DNA of 63,580 bases, the filler included, from Octopus bimaculoides (taxonomy: Eukaryota), in NCBI RefSeq assembly GCF_001194135.2. It is 6 parts of 6 records of this genome, joined end to end, with 100 filler letters (N's around TTAATTAATTAA, not from the genome) between each part and the next. Parts side by side here need not be neighbours in the genome. Positions count along the whole stretch, not along the records: positions 1 to 19,861 come from NC_068981.1; 5 more parts are not named here. The stretch is one strand, 5' to 3'. The position numbers and the translations under genes are program-made. Each line of letters begins with the position of its first letter. The first letter of the stretch is position 1. The notes under the pieces are model-generated. The model did no database searches and was not told the origin of the DNA. It saw only the letters and a program-made list of their open reading frames with translations. Of this stretch, positions 1 to 14,111 are shown piece after piece.

Positions 1-86
1 TAAGGATGTTGTAGCTGTAGCTTATAACTGGGACAGCTAAAGTGTTGATACCCATTATCTTGTTTTTAGCATTGAGCTCTGTTTTT

Positions 87-88
<2 letters not shown>

Positions 89-140
<52 letters not shown>

Positions 141-532
141 GTTATTATTATTATTATTATTATTATCATTATCATCATCATTATTATTATTATTATAACG
201 TATTTAGAACACGAGAAATGTGCATTCCGGTGACATGTCTTATTTTTCGTTTACTACCCAGTAGGCATTAAAGAAACAACCCTTTCTGATTTCTAAATAA
301 GGAGGGTCAGTGGGGGGGATGCAGCCGAATGAACACAAAAATGGTACCAGTTAGCGTGGTGGGTGGGGGTTGATAGGAAGAGCGAAGCGAGTTGCAAACT
401 TAGCGTTAATGTCTTGTGTTCTATAAGCGAATCATCTGTTTGCCGTCAACACAAACGGTTATTGTTTTGAATTAATAACGGAGAAACCGATGTCAGGAGA
501 AAACGAAGGAAATTTCCTGGACATAGGCCAAG

Positions 533-621
<89 letters not shown>

Positions 622-668
622 AATAATAATAATAATAATAATAACAAAAATGATAATAATAATAATGA
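89..668. repeat. (ATT)n at 89-197 and compound (AAT)n(AAC)n(AAT)n at 533-668
   Basis: Read directly; these generate the poly-I/L/N ORFs in the track. Confidence 0.95.
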
Positions 669-1846
669 TGAAAATTGAAACGAAAATATTTACAGATAGA
701 AAAACAAAGAAAGAAAAAAACAAACAGGAAATGCCTGAAAATATATATAAACCGAATATCATGTCATTTTTACGACATTTATTTTTTATTTATTGCGGAG
801 CAGGTGGTAGAAATGATAATGAACTATGTAGCTTAGTCATCATTCTTTTGCCTATCCTATGGCAGCCTTTATTTCTATACCCAACCCCAATCATCAGAAT
901 AGGAAATGGAAATCTTTAAACTCGTTTAAATCGTGCTATTATTTGTAGTTGTTTCTTATCATTATTATTTGTTTTTGTTGCAACTGTTGTTTCTCTTCCG
1001 GCTGTTGTTTTTATAATGCACCAAATTAATCCGTTTCAAATATTTGTTTGGTATTGCTATTGTTATTGTTGTGATTTGTAGTTGACATCGTTCTTGTTGG
1101 AAATGAATAAAACTCCGCATCAATTATGTTCACATCATATTGCTTTTTTCTTTTAGTTTTTTCTATACCGATCTGGTAAAAAAAAAATAACATAAAATAT
1201 AGTCCAGCGAGTTATAAATTGAGTCTCGTGAGATTTGTTGCTAAAAGATGTCGTTAGATAAGGAATTTATCTCGATCACTATAGGTGTTTTCTGGAATCT
1301 AAAGTATTTGTATCCAATCTTACATTGTATATTACATATTTCAGACATGAAATGTCTGAAATATGAGTAGCACAAAAAAGAGAAAACAGTATATCTACTG
1401 AGATGGTTAATGTCATGTCTAAAATCTCGTATTTTCCTATTCAATATTGTTGCTTTTCAAATGTTTGCATTTATAAGTAATGGTTCGATGTGGATAAACT
1501 GCCGATCGTGTTTTACAAAGGTAGAAGTGATTTTCTTTTTTTTTTTTAAAGAAAAATATCAGACCGTAGTCGAAACAACGAAACTTTTTCAGTGTAGTAA
1601 GGGAATGAGACAGGCCTGCAAAGCACTGAAGTTGGCTATCATGTTATTCCATCTAGTTCTTGGCTGTAAGTCCACTTATTAGTAAATATAAATGTTGTTA
1701 TAAAGAGCAACAACAGCACAATATAACTGTTGGGATATTTCATGCGTCATGAGATAAGTTAAAATCCACTGGGGGATAAAAAGAAATTTCACTAGTATCA
1801 GTTAACAAAATATCTGTGATGAAGGAAATACTACTATGAAGCCATC

Positions 1847-1885
<39 letters not shown>

Positions 1886-2510
1886 CATTATTAGTTTGAG
1901 CATTACAATTTCATGTCGAATTATTCAAATATAATTTCATAAGAATAGGAGATACAGTCGTGACTAAGCTTTCTCTCTCCTTCCCTTTTTTCGTTCCCTT
2001 TTCTCAATTTCTTTATCTCTTTCTGTTTTGGGACAGAGAGTTAATATCCTATAAGCGATTAATGATTATGAAAGTGATACAGAAGCCTTTTTTCAAATCT
2101 CATAGAATAAGTACTCAGCTTACAATATGCCAAACCTGAGGAAGAAGTTATGAGAACTGATTATTTAAATAGTTCAAAGTTTAAATAGTGTGTTTCCTGC
2201 ATCTTAATAGTGAAATATTATCTTGTCACAAATATATAATATGTTATAACAATTAAATTGGATGGATCAGTTATGTGTAATATATAAGAAACTAAACTGG
2301 CTGCTTGGAGGATCATTCAGTGCAAATGTATTTGTCACATCTGACGCAATCATTTAACGTGTCTCCAATGTTTTAAAGAGCTACTAAATTAACAAAGGGA
2401 AATTACTATAGCATTTATATTCATATCAAATGCTAAAGAAACCGTTGCATCTAACACTGACTGCATTAATTTTGTTGTTGTCGTCATCATCGTCGTCGTC
2501 GTCGTTGTTT

Positions 2511-2545
<35 letters not shown>

Positions 2546-3346
2546 GATCTTGCTGCTACTGTTGGGGGTGATAGTGTTTTACTTCACAAATCTGTGATTA
2601 TCTTACGTATTATCTAATTAATTCAGCTTACCAGAAAATTAAATTTTTATTCCTTTATTTGATCCATTTATTTACGTTAATGCAAACAAAAAATTATCAA
2701 TTTTTGAAAATTTCCTCCACGTCACCTCGCTTTGATAGTCTAGTTTGGGGTTAAAGTTAATGAGAACATATATATANNNNNNNNNNNNNNNNNNNNNNNN
2801 NNNNNNNNNNNNNNNNNNNNNNNNNNNNNNNNNNNNNNNNNNNNNNNNNNNNNNNNNNNNNNNNNNNNNNNNNNNNNNNNNNNNNNNNNNNNNNNNNNNN
2901 NNNNNNNNNNNNNNNNNNNNNNNNNNNNNNNNNNNNNNNNNNNNNNNNNNNNNNNNNNNNNNTAATATATATATATATATATATATATCTTCCTTATCCG
3001 TTAAATGTCCGCAGCTGGGATTGATCTTCGTTCGAATTAATTAATTCTCATTGTTTATGTGTTTATGTGTATATGTGCCTGTTTAATTTAATTTAGTTTT
3101 TTATTAGGTTATCTCTTTATCGGGTTGTCTGAAGTGCAACATGCTTCATATTTTTTAATTGTTAATCTAAAGAGTAATCAATTAGATCCTCACTTTTGGC
3201 TTTCAAAACCCTATTTTTTGCCACGTATTGGAATATTTTACTTCTGAAAAGATGTAATTAGGATGTTTTGCTCAATAACATTATGTCGCAGGTTTGATTC
3301 CGGGGTCGGTAAATGCATTTTCCTTTTTCTTTTCTTTTTGAGCTAG

Positions 3347-3617
3347 GCATTTCATGTCATGTTCTCGTCTGTTCAACTGAAAATGGGTTCTGCTCGATTG
3401 CATGTATATCTTTTCTCCCTCCAACTGGCACACCCTATATGTGATGCTTAGTCAAAAGATGGGAGAGTTGAGAGTTGTCCTTGGGCAAAGCATTTGATGT
3501 CACATTGTTCTAGTCTGTTCAGCTGACAATGAGTCCCGCCCGATTGCTTGTATACCTTTTCTCTCTCCAACTGACACTTCCTATATGTGCTGCTGAGTCA
3601 AAATATGGGAGTGTTGA
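3347..3617. repeat. Tandem duplication of a ~128-bp complex unit (143-bp period)
   Basis: gcatttcatgtca...ccaactggcacaccctatatgtg...gggagagttga versus gcatttgatgtca...ccaactgacacttcctatatgtg...gggagtgttga. Confidence 0.9.
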
Positions 3618-3779
3618 AACGGTATCTACGGCTGCTTGCTACTACATATACACCTAAAGCACTTAGCGTAAACACAGAACATGTTACTAAGTCATACGCA
3701 GCTTCATATACATTTAAATATTCATTTCAGTATTATTCATGGAAGCAGCTCAAGTAGGGATTATTTATAAAAAGTCTTC

Positions 3780-5400
3780 TTAGGCCTGTTTCAAGCTTGC
3801 AGGCTCATTTGACTGGAGCTTCCCGGGTCTCTATGGATTGCAAATGACTAAGAGCACAATACGCAGCCCTGAACAACACACAAGTCCGTCACAGAGTTAA
3901 ATCCTAGCAACAGAACTATCTTTTACCCACTGCTAACCTTACCAAACAAAATACTAAAAGTTTGGTCATAGAAGTTCACAGCAAAACACAACAGTAACTT
4001 TAACACACATAAAGCAAACCTTCCTAACAAAAAATATTACTACTTGCTAATCGCTAAAATAAACATGATTTCAACGTCAAAATTTTAGAACCGATGAAAG
4101 CCTGAAGCATTTTGTTCGGTCGCCACAAAAGACACTCCTATGACATTTTAAACTACAGATCCATGACCTTTGTTTCAACAAAATCAAAATTGTCTTTAGC
4201 ATATATCCTTTAGTCCGTTTCCCTCCTAGGTGACCAGTATGACATCTGAAGGCCCATATGACATAAAAGCAATTTCCAAACCTATTGGATACTTGTTCGC
4301 ATATGACATTTCGCCAATTATTTACCACTTAAGATTTTCGATGAAAGCAATGCTGTTTTCAGCATCTTCACTTGGCCCCCTAGAATCTCTTGACAAAATT
4401 ATTCAGCTATAATCCCTATCCATTTCACTCCTGTTAAATCGAAATTTTCTTTTTAGACAACGTATGTCGACAAAGCCTGCTTCGATTTACGTTCTATAAA
4501 CTCTGGGCTATATCATTAATTCGACTGCTTTTCATCCTCTTAGCTTTCACTTTTCATTACTTCTCAATACCACAAAGAACACACAACTTAGATATCTCAC
4601 ACACTTTGAAGAGGTTTTATGATGGTGACGCATCAGTGGTTTGGCTCAAACTAAATCGCAAAAATAGGATATACTTCGTTTTTTAGAATCAGAATATATT
4701 GAACACTGAGTTTTTTTGTTTACCGTCTACGAGAATACTTTTGTATTAAAAGTATTGCTCGTGTATCATGTATGGTACTGCTCCTACACGTAAGCTTTTA
4801 AAAGGGTATTCACAAAAGGCCACCCGATTAAATAGACGACTTTCTCTATCATTTGCCGTTTACACGTAAGGAACACATACGAGCACTTACCCTCAGTTCG
4901 AAGTCAACCTATACATAATAGCTTCTGAAACCTATACATAATACCAGACTTCAAAATCTCTGGTGATAGATTTATGGCAAACACTAATCTAAAACATACC
5001 GAGAACTGCCTTTTGAAGGCTTAACCGTTTCTTCATTCAAGAAATTACTTCATCTTTAAACAGCTGATGATACCTTACAATTAACACAAACGTCTGAAAG
5101 AAGGCTGCATGATACACACAAGCATTCTAGACACTCTTAAAGCATCTATTCGACTAATTGATAAACTTTCTCTCCTTAGCATGCATAAAACCTGAAGTAC
5201 TTAGAGACTTAATTTATTCCCTTGTGTATCTTTGACCGCAACTAAGATACATCGCGCTGCACTGAGCTACAAAAATGTGACCCAAAATAACCAAAGTTCA
5301 TTGGATTTACCTATCCCTGTTTATTTCATAACCCTAACACTTCACTCAAGCATTTATTTCAAACATTCTAACATTTCGTAACGCTTGATTTATTTCAAGT
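3780..5400 (-). mobile_element. Possible very old LINE (L1/Tx1-like) remnant
   Basis: High-complexity, microsatellite-free 1.6 kb with broken frames weakly resembling an ORF2 C-terminus and a T-rich 3' UTR on the minus strand; no unambiguous motif. Confidence 0.3.
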
Positions 5401-5715
5401 TTCTTCTGATCACATCCGCTGCGAAATTTAGACTAAAACAGCAAATGCATCAATCTCGCCATTCTAAGAAGATAAGCAAACGTTATTTCCTCTCTTTCGC
5501 AAGCTATAATTCAATAAGTAAATTTACTTGTATAAAAAGTATGTGTATGCGAGTGTGTGTGTGTTTGTGTGTGTGTCTATGTAAGTGCATCTGTGATATG
5601 TGTGTACGTGTGTGTGTATTTGAAAATTTGCGTATATACTATGACTGTGAGCATGTCTGCATGTTTAGTGTGTGAGGTAAAAATTCAAATGTGTAGAATA
5701 ATCATCCACCTAAGA

Positions 5716-6130
5716 TGCTGCCAGTTGTGGGGTAAGAATTTTTCTTCTCAACCACATGGTTCCGGGTTCAGTCTAACAGCGTGACACCTAAGACAAGTGT
5801 CTTCTATAATTGCATCGAGCCGATCAAAGCATTGTGAGTGGATTTGATAGATGGAAAATGAAAGAAGCCCATCGTGTATGCATTCGCGCGCGCGTGTTTG
5901 CGTGCGTGCGCGTGTTTGTCCCCACCATCGCTTGACAATTGTTGTTGACTTGTTTATGTTCCTGTAACTTAGCGGTTCGCCAAAAGTGATCTATAGAAAA
6001 AGTACCAGGCTAGAAAAAAGAAATAAGTATTGGGATCGATTTGTTCGACCAAAATCCTTCAAAGTGGTGCACCAGCATGGCCGCAGTCTAATTACTAAAA
6101 CAGCTAAAAGATAAAAGATAAAAGAAGATA
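5716..6130 (+). mobile_element. tRNA-derived SINE, family A
   Basis: Head caaccacatggttccgggttcagtc; core gagtggattt...gaaagaagcccatcg; (TG)n; tail cagcatggccgcagtc...(GATAAAA)n. Confidence 0.85.
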
Positions 6131-6335
6131 AATTTGCAGCTTATATAGCTATGGTAATGTATAGAATTCTAGTAGTATACATTATGCTTTCTTACATATC
6201 ATTATTTAGAATATGCCATATATCTCCATGAAAACCTAATGCAGTCCAGAATGTTCATATGTGATATAGATGAATGCACAATGGATGTATACATACATTC
6301 ATATTCTCTTTTATGTGCATGGTCGTGGGATTATA

Positions 6336-6415
<80 letters not shown>

Positions 6416-7896
6416 TGCGTGCGTGTGTGTGCGTGTGCGCGCGCGTGTACGTGGGGCTTCGCATTTCTGCTTATATTCAGCCAATGATGACAAATTATTG
6501 ATTGGCAGGTTTATGATTGGAATACGTCAACAGATCGGAATATGTACTCGGGTTCAGTTGACAGATCCACCTTAATATAAAGAGAAATTTTGCATTTGAA
6601 AAATATACTATTGATCGTAGAAAGATGATGTTACATTTTCAGTTGATAACAGAAACGGTATCAGATATTATACCATTAAACAAGGGAGATATCATCTATC
6701 TACTCTTTCCTCTGGCGCCATATAACTTTCTCCAGATGCTCTTGACAATAACACTTTAAATTAAATTCAGCAGAATCAATCAAATTGTCTATCATATGTT
6801 AACTGTTGCGTCGAATGAATGTTGATTCAGGCGAATATGGTTTCAGTATTCCTTCTACTGACGTAGATAATATATGTCTGAAAGGCTGTATGCATCTCTA
6901 AGAACGCATTAATTCGATGAGAGAAATGTAACAGAAATCCTTTTAAGTACTATCTTCGATATAACTTTTGATTCGGATGAAAAGATTTCGATTAAAGGAT
7001 ATAAACATGTGTCTATGCGAGGATATATTTATGACATTTTACATATATACCTGTGTGAGTGCATGTGTATAGAACTGACTTTTACTGAGACAAAGATGGC
7101 GATCAGTATATTTATAACTGAAGGCAACAGTCGACTGATATACCTAACAATTCTACTGCTTCCTATGTTATTTAGTCAAAGTATCACTAATATTTTACTG
7201 GTGCGTGTATAAACTTGAACAGCTCCACAAAAGTAAATTGTTAAAGGTCTTTCTTACCGCTCAAATACTCCTGCAATGTACCACCTTCTAACTATATCTA
7301 ACTATAACCACCTCAACCCATTTCTAAAGAACTGCTACTATATATCCTAGCTACATATGTGTGTGTCTTTATATGTATATATGTTTATGTCTGTGCACGT
7401 TTGTGTGTGTGGGGGGGGGGGGGTTATGGGTGAGTGTGTAAAATTCTGTATGATGACGTAATGTATAAATGCTCGGGTTGGTTTACCACTAACAGAATGG
7501 CTTCAACTACAACTAAAAACAAAGGTTCCATAGTTGCCTGGCAAAGAATGAGTGGTTCCACATTGAGCGGGTATCTATATATTAGAACGAAGAAAATTAA
7601 CAAACAAAACATGCAGTATCACTTCAGAGCATATAATATATACTTCAAACATAACTGCAGATCAAATACAGTAAATAAGGGATGAAAAATGATTTCCATA
7701 TAAGTCAATTATTCCATCTTCAGAGATGAATAGTTGGTTTTTATACACTATGTGTACATCTATTCTCGAAACAGGTGTCAGAAACTTTATGTATTATTTC
7801 TTAATCCTTTATTTACTCTATTCTACAGTTATGTTTGAATTATGAATTATATCCTCTAAAGTAATACCAAATGCTTAGCTTATTCATGCATGTATG

Positions 7897-7929
<33 letters not shown>

Positions 7930-8428
7930 TGACAGACAGATATATATATTTATATATATATATATACACATATATGTATATATATATATATNNNNNNNNN
8001 NNNNNNNNNNNNNNNNNNNNNNNNNNNNNNNNNNNNNNNNNNNNNNNNNNNNNNNNNNNNNNNNNNNNNNNNNNNNNNNNNNNNNNNNNNNNNNNNNNNN
8101 NNNNNNNNNNNNNNNNNNNNNNNNNNNNNNNNNNNNNNNNNNNNNNNNNNNNNNNNNNNNNNNNNNNNNNNNNNNNNNNNNNNNNNNNNNNNNNNNNNNN
8201 NNNNNNNNNNNNNNNNCACACCACACACTCACAAATATATATATAATGTGTATCAGGCTTTATTACAGATCAGATTCTTGTTGATATTTTGAATATTACA
8301 CAGTGTACAAACGTGAAACTCGGTCCACTGAAAGATTTCTAGCTAGGTACGTACGCAGTGAACATTTCAATCGTATTAACAAGCTACATACAAAGTTATG
8401 TTGAGTTGAGTATTTTGAAGTGCTTTAA

Positions 8429-8480
8429 ATTGTGTCACGCCTTCAATTATGTCACGCCTTCAGTTGTGTCACGTTTTCAA
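8429..8480 (+). repeat. Three ~18-bp direct repeats (TGTCACGCCTTCA core) upstream of the Tc1 ORF
   Basis: tgtgtcacgccttcaatta / tgtcacgccttcagttg / tgtcacgttttcaattg read directly. Confidence 0.8.
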
Positions 8481-8503
8481 TTGTATCATGCTGGTGTACT
8501 AAG

Positions 8504-8965
8504 ATGCGCCTGAATCTACGTCTGACAGCTACAGAGAAGACGCGAATTGTTGCAGGTCTCGCAGAAGGCTTATCTATGGGAGAATTAACCCAAGAGCTTG
8601 GTAGGGATACAAGAACACTGAAGGCGCGTGTTGAAAGACCCATCACCAATCCAAGGGAAGATAAAGGTACGAGAAGAAGTGTATCCCAGCGAGACATCCG
8701 AAAAATATGTAGGCAAGTAAGAAAAGACCTCGGTAGCACAAGTGTTGCCATATTTGAAAGTGCTGAGGTTGCTCCTTTGTCCAGAAGCAACCCATATAGG
8801 GTCCTTAAAGAGATGGCGAGAAGTGTTAAGGGCATCTCTAGACCCATGTTAAGCAATAACCACAAAGAGAAACGTATCGATTGGGCACGGAAGTACATGA
8901 AGATCAATTTCCAAAATGTCTTCTTCACAGATGAGGCCAGAGCTACTCTGGATGGCCTCGACGGC
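8504..8965 (+). mobile_element. Tc1-family transposase 5' fragment (TRT/DD37E-like), truncated just after the first catalytic Asp
   Basis: ATG at 8504. N-terminal HTH-like region followed by RPMLSNNHKEKRIDWARKYMKINFQNVFFTDEARATLDGLDG, resembling the FTDExRATLDGPDG motif. Homology ends abruptly near 8965. Confidence 0.85.
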
Positions 8966-9284
8966 CTACTAGTCTTCGCTCCGCACACCAAAGTTTGGAT
9001 ACTTCTTGCAGCCTCTCGTTCCGGCTCATAACTCTGCCGCCGGTACTCTCGTACTTGAGTAGATTTTGCTCTTTTTCTTTCTCCCTGTCAGTCTGTCTCA
9101 CTTCCCATTAATAATCGGATGCGGTTAGCCCTAGAGACGGATTATATTTCGCTAAACAGATACTCCTGATACCATGTTTCCCCCCATGACTCTGGGGCCT
9201 AAAACAAAGCCTATGTGCGCACATCTGTGTCAGCGACTATACGCACGTATGTATGTATGTATGTATGTATGTATGTATGTATGT

Positions 9285-9315
<31 letters not shown>

Positions 9316-9320
9316 CATGT

Positions 9321-9488
9321 ACTCTTTTACTGTTTTACTTCTTTCATAGGGTTTTAGTCGAACAAATCGACCCCAGGACTTATTTTTTAAAAGCCTAGTA
9401 CTTATTCTATCGGTCTTTGACTGAACTGCTAAGTTACGTAGACACAAATAAACCATCACCGGTTGTCATGCGGTGATGTGGTGGGGGA
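9321..9488 (-). mobile_element. SINE family A, 3' fragment
   Basis: gtcgaacaaatcgaccccaggacttat...agcctagtacttattctatcgg matches the other copies in reverse. Confidence 0.75.
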
Positions 9489-9498
9489 ATTCAAACAG

Positions 9499-9586
<88 letters not shown>

Positions 9587-9851
9587 NNNNNNNNNNNNNN
9601 NNNNNNNNNNNNNNNNNNNNNNNNNNNNNNNNNNNNNNNNNNNNNNNNNNNNNNNNNNNNNNNNNNNNNNNNNNNNNNNNNNNNNNNNNNNNNNNNNNNN
9701 NNNNNNNNNNNNNNNNNNNNNNNNNNNNNNNNNNNNNNNNNNNNNNNNNNNNNNNNNNNNNNNNNNNNNNNNNNNNNNNNNNNNNNNNNNNNNNNNNNNN
9801 NNNNNNNNNNNNNNNNNNNNNNNNNNNNNNNNNNNNNNNNNNNNNNNNNNN

Positions 9852-9887
<36 letters not shown>

Positions 9888-10332
9888 GCATGCAGGCATA
9901 TGCGCGCACACATACACACACACCACAAATATCTATCTACATAAATATATAAGATGTGTGACTATGTGTGTGTGTGTGTGTGCGTGTGTGTATGAGTATT
10001 CTCGCTCTAATGATCATGCAGGCATGCTACGTAAGGAAATTACGCAAAATACCAGCCCTTTATGAAAAGTAGATTGAATAATGGATCCCATATTTGACTT
10101 CAAGAAACTGAATGAAACACCGGAATCTTTCAACTTCTAACACATGAAAGAACAGCACAGTCTTATCTGCTACACATTTACTTTTTAACCACACAATCAC
10201 TCACAAATATATATATATACACACATTTATATACACACATTCACAGACATTTCTGTATCATTATATTTATGCATGTTTCTATAGTTATATATAGTAAATA
10301 ATGTATTATGTCTGCACTTTCACTTTCCTCTC

Positions 10333-10388
<56 letters not shown>

Positions 10389-11216
10389 AGTGTTTTTGTG
10401 TCTGCGCACTAGTGTACAACATGGTGGATTTGAATTCATTCCAACATAATTATAGCAAAGATTGCTCATTTACAGTAAATCCCAAGAGAATTAGCTTAGA
10501 ATATTATTCATTGAATATTACCATACACCACAGAACAAACTATAGTCACAACTGCTTTGCTCTCATCGTAAGGTATCAATGTCACTTCTTTGAAGATATT
10601 TAGTTAATATTAATGGATTTCTCCGCTATTTTAATTATTTTAAATGCAAAACTTGGCGTCGCTTTGTCGATGAAATTTCAGTGCACTTTGGCTACTAAAA
10701 TATTATGTAAATTGTAATAATATCCGATGTGGTAAGAAAGATATTTGCACGAGTTTCTATCTATCTCCTAATCCGGTTGATTATTCCTTTGTTGAAACAT
10801 TCCGATAGCTAAGGTCAATAGTTTACCCTTTTTATAAGATTATTATGTGTGATTTGAGGAAGATTTGGCTCCAATTTCAAGCACGTCGAAAGCTTTTCGT
10901 TGGTACGAAATGCTGTAGTTATACAAGACATAAGCATACACTTTATATACACCCTTGTTTTAATATACTGTTTTGTTTCTTTGTTTTTTTTTTCTCGTAC
11001 ATATATTAATAACGTGAAATTTATGTTTCCTAATACATATTTCAAATTATTTGTTTTTCAGTTGCAATCTCTGCAAAATTTAATATTTCTTTTATTCAAT
11101 AGACCACCTTAGGTAAAATATATAGAAGAAATAAAGTGACTGTTAGATCATTGATCCAAACTCTATTTAATTCTTTCATTCTCACCTTTTCGCCCAGAAC
11201 CCTTACTATCTATATG

Positions 11217-11270
<54 letters not shown>

Positions 11271-11571
11271 NNNNNNNNNNTGTGTGTGTGTGTGTGTGTG
11301 TGTATAATAGCGACAGAAACAGTATTAAAAAGGTAATATTTATCCCCACTTAAAAGTGGATGTTTGTTGGAAACAAAATACTGCGTTATTTACCAAGAGA
11401 GAACCTTTCATATGGACATACGGTGCATATAAGCACTCGTGTTCATATCGCTCGCGAGAGCTACCGTCGCCGGAACTATCAGGTCACATGATTTCAGCTT
11501 TTCTTGCCTTTGTCAATGGTAGACGTCCGCCGTTAGAGACAGCAGTGATTTTCTGTTAATGATACTATATA

Positions 11572-11760
11572 TACAGGGTGTGAAATTGTCGTCTAAATTA
11601 CGCAGAAATTAAAATAACACTGACATTTCATTTTAACAGATATATTTACCAAATTATATAAAAGTATCTTGAAATCTTAAAGAGTAAATTTATTCCATAA
11701 AATCGCCATTGGCTCAACTACGGCCTCCAGACGACTTCGGAATCTTCTGAAACTCTTTTC
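11572..11760 (-). mobile_element. Tc1/mariner right end: transposase C-terminus, TIR and TA target site
   Basis: Minus strand reads KSFRRFRSRLEAVVE-(frameshift)-NGDFME*. The element ends at TA|CAGGGTG (11572-11580). Confidence 0.75.
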
Positions 11761-13167
11761 ATTTGAGTAACAACCCTATTTTACATATAGAAATGTGTGA
11801 CCATGTACAATGGTTAGAATAAGGTTTCTGCTTTGATACAAAAGCACAGAATTGTAATTAGTTTAGAAGCTTACAAAATAATATATAAGATTATTGGTAT
11901 GATACTTAAGTTTTAAGTACCTCCTTCAATTTGAATAAAAATTAGAAAACCTAAGAAATATACCCTCTAACACAACGGTTATTTCAGTTATTAAAAATAG
12001 ATATATGAATTCGAACGTGTCTTTTTAACACTCTTAATACAATGCGAATTATTTTCTAAGTGAATTTTGCTCCCCCGGAACAGATTTTAAAAAAGCAATC
12101 AAACGGCAGAACACAACAGATTCAAATACATCCATTTTTTAATGTTTAGTATGCAGATGCAGATTTATTACATTACTATAGGATTTAATGTAAATGAATA
12201 TACATCTTTGCTGAAATCGCTAATAAGGTTATATATACTGCGTACGAGTTATTTTACATAACAGAAATATTTTGAGTTGCTAATGAATTAACATAAGAAG
12301 TTTGAGTTAAGGAATTTGGGTCAATATTTATGTGGGGATTAATTGCCGATTGAGTAGGTTTCTTCACAAAAAGTTATCTTCATTTGTGTTTCTTGGGGGT
12401 GGCGCCGAGGATTGTTCAATAAGGAAATGAGAAGACGAAAATTTCAGCATTTATTTCATCTTTTCAACCAGTTGATCGTGAATAAATCAGATTTTCTTCC
12501 TGCTTATCATCAGCTATCCACCTAATAACTTATTATATACAGTTTTTGTTTCGTCATCTTACATCTATAAATTTATAGCACATAAATGAAAGCAACGCTC
12601 AAATCTTGATCGAACTGTTCACTAACCATCGTATTGCTAGCACTAAGTATTCGCTACTTGACTTAATATAACATACCGAACATTTTTTTTTTTCATTTAT
12701 TTCAGAATTAAAAGGTTTCTCCACCCTGCCTTTAATCGGATGTTTCGCTTAAAGCGTTAATCAGTTCTTCGGCTTAACAGCAGTTGGCCCTTGGATGATT
12801 TTAGCCACCTCTATCAAGCTGGATGCATTCAGGCTAGGTTTCTCTCTGATGGTAACTTCTTTTCTTTTCATTTCAACCTCTTTCACCAATCCCCGAGTCC
12901 CTACGAAAAGGTTATGGCTGTTGTTTTTATTAAATGATAAAAATAAAATAACGATTGATAGTACCATCACTGTGTCTTGACAACAAGAGATTGATAAATA
13001 AAGACGTGTGCAGAGAAACTTCAAAATTAAAATTATAAATATATTAACCAAGCAACTATAACCTGGCGAAAATTAACAAGAGTTCAACATTGCATTTTCT
13101 GTTGGGAGAAACACTCAAATGTCATATGATCTGAAAATTGCTATTCGTACTCAGATAGATGGTTGTG

Positions 13168-13221
13168 GTGTAATACGAAATAAGTGTAATACGAAATAAT
13201 AAGTGTAATACGAAATAATAA
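13168..13221. repeat. Three tandem GTGTAATACGAAATAA(TAA) units
   Basis: Read directly from the sequence. Confidence 0.9.
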
Positions 13222-14045
13222 TCACCCATACATAGCTACTAAACCACACATAGAAGTTTAATACATTATTGGTAGGAAAAATTATATTATTATTGTGACT
13301 TTCATGCATTTCTCATCACTTATAACTGTTTAAATAATTACATACATACACACATAAATCATCGCACATTAAAACAGATACAATAAGAATAGTAATATGA
13401 CAATATGTTTCAAAGTATAATCCCCAACAGACAACTAACCACTTAGTTGAAAATAGTTTCTCTCACATGTTGTTACTATATAGAAACTTTATGTGATAGC
13501 CAGCTACGCCAACAACTATAGTACAAGTGCCGTTCTCAGACGTCCTATTTTTGAGTATATTCAATGATTTCTTTTTCCAAAGAATTCTACTATGTTGGCA
13601 GACAGATAATATTTCAAACAGTTATTGTAATATTTGTTTATTATAATTTGGCTGCCATCCAAGAATTCAAAACCATAATTATTCACTATCCACAAGGTAA
13701 GATTGAATTACATTGCTTTCTGACAATTATTCTATAAAAGGTTATTGTTGTCGTGTGTGTATAAAAAGATAGAATCGCGTTTAATTAGCAAAAAATCATA
13801 GAAATATATAGAAGCAAAACTAAATCGATTTGGTATCTTACACGTAAGAGGAATTCAAATGTGCTGGGAATAGATACATAAATACGTTTATATACAAGTA
13901 AACATGCCTATACACATGCACGCACACATATATGCATACACACCCACACACATGAATATATTTATGCATATATGTAGACATACACACACACACATATATA
14001 CATATATATATGTATGTATAGGTAGATAGATAGATAGATACATAC

Positions 14046-14111
<66 letters not shown>

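Noticed and set aside
8452-8991. 179-aa minus-strand ORF
   Set aside because: Antisense shadow of the Tc1 transposase fragment.
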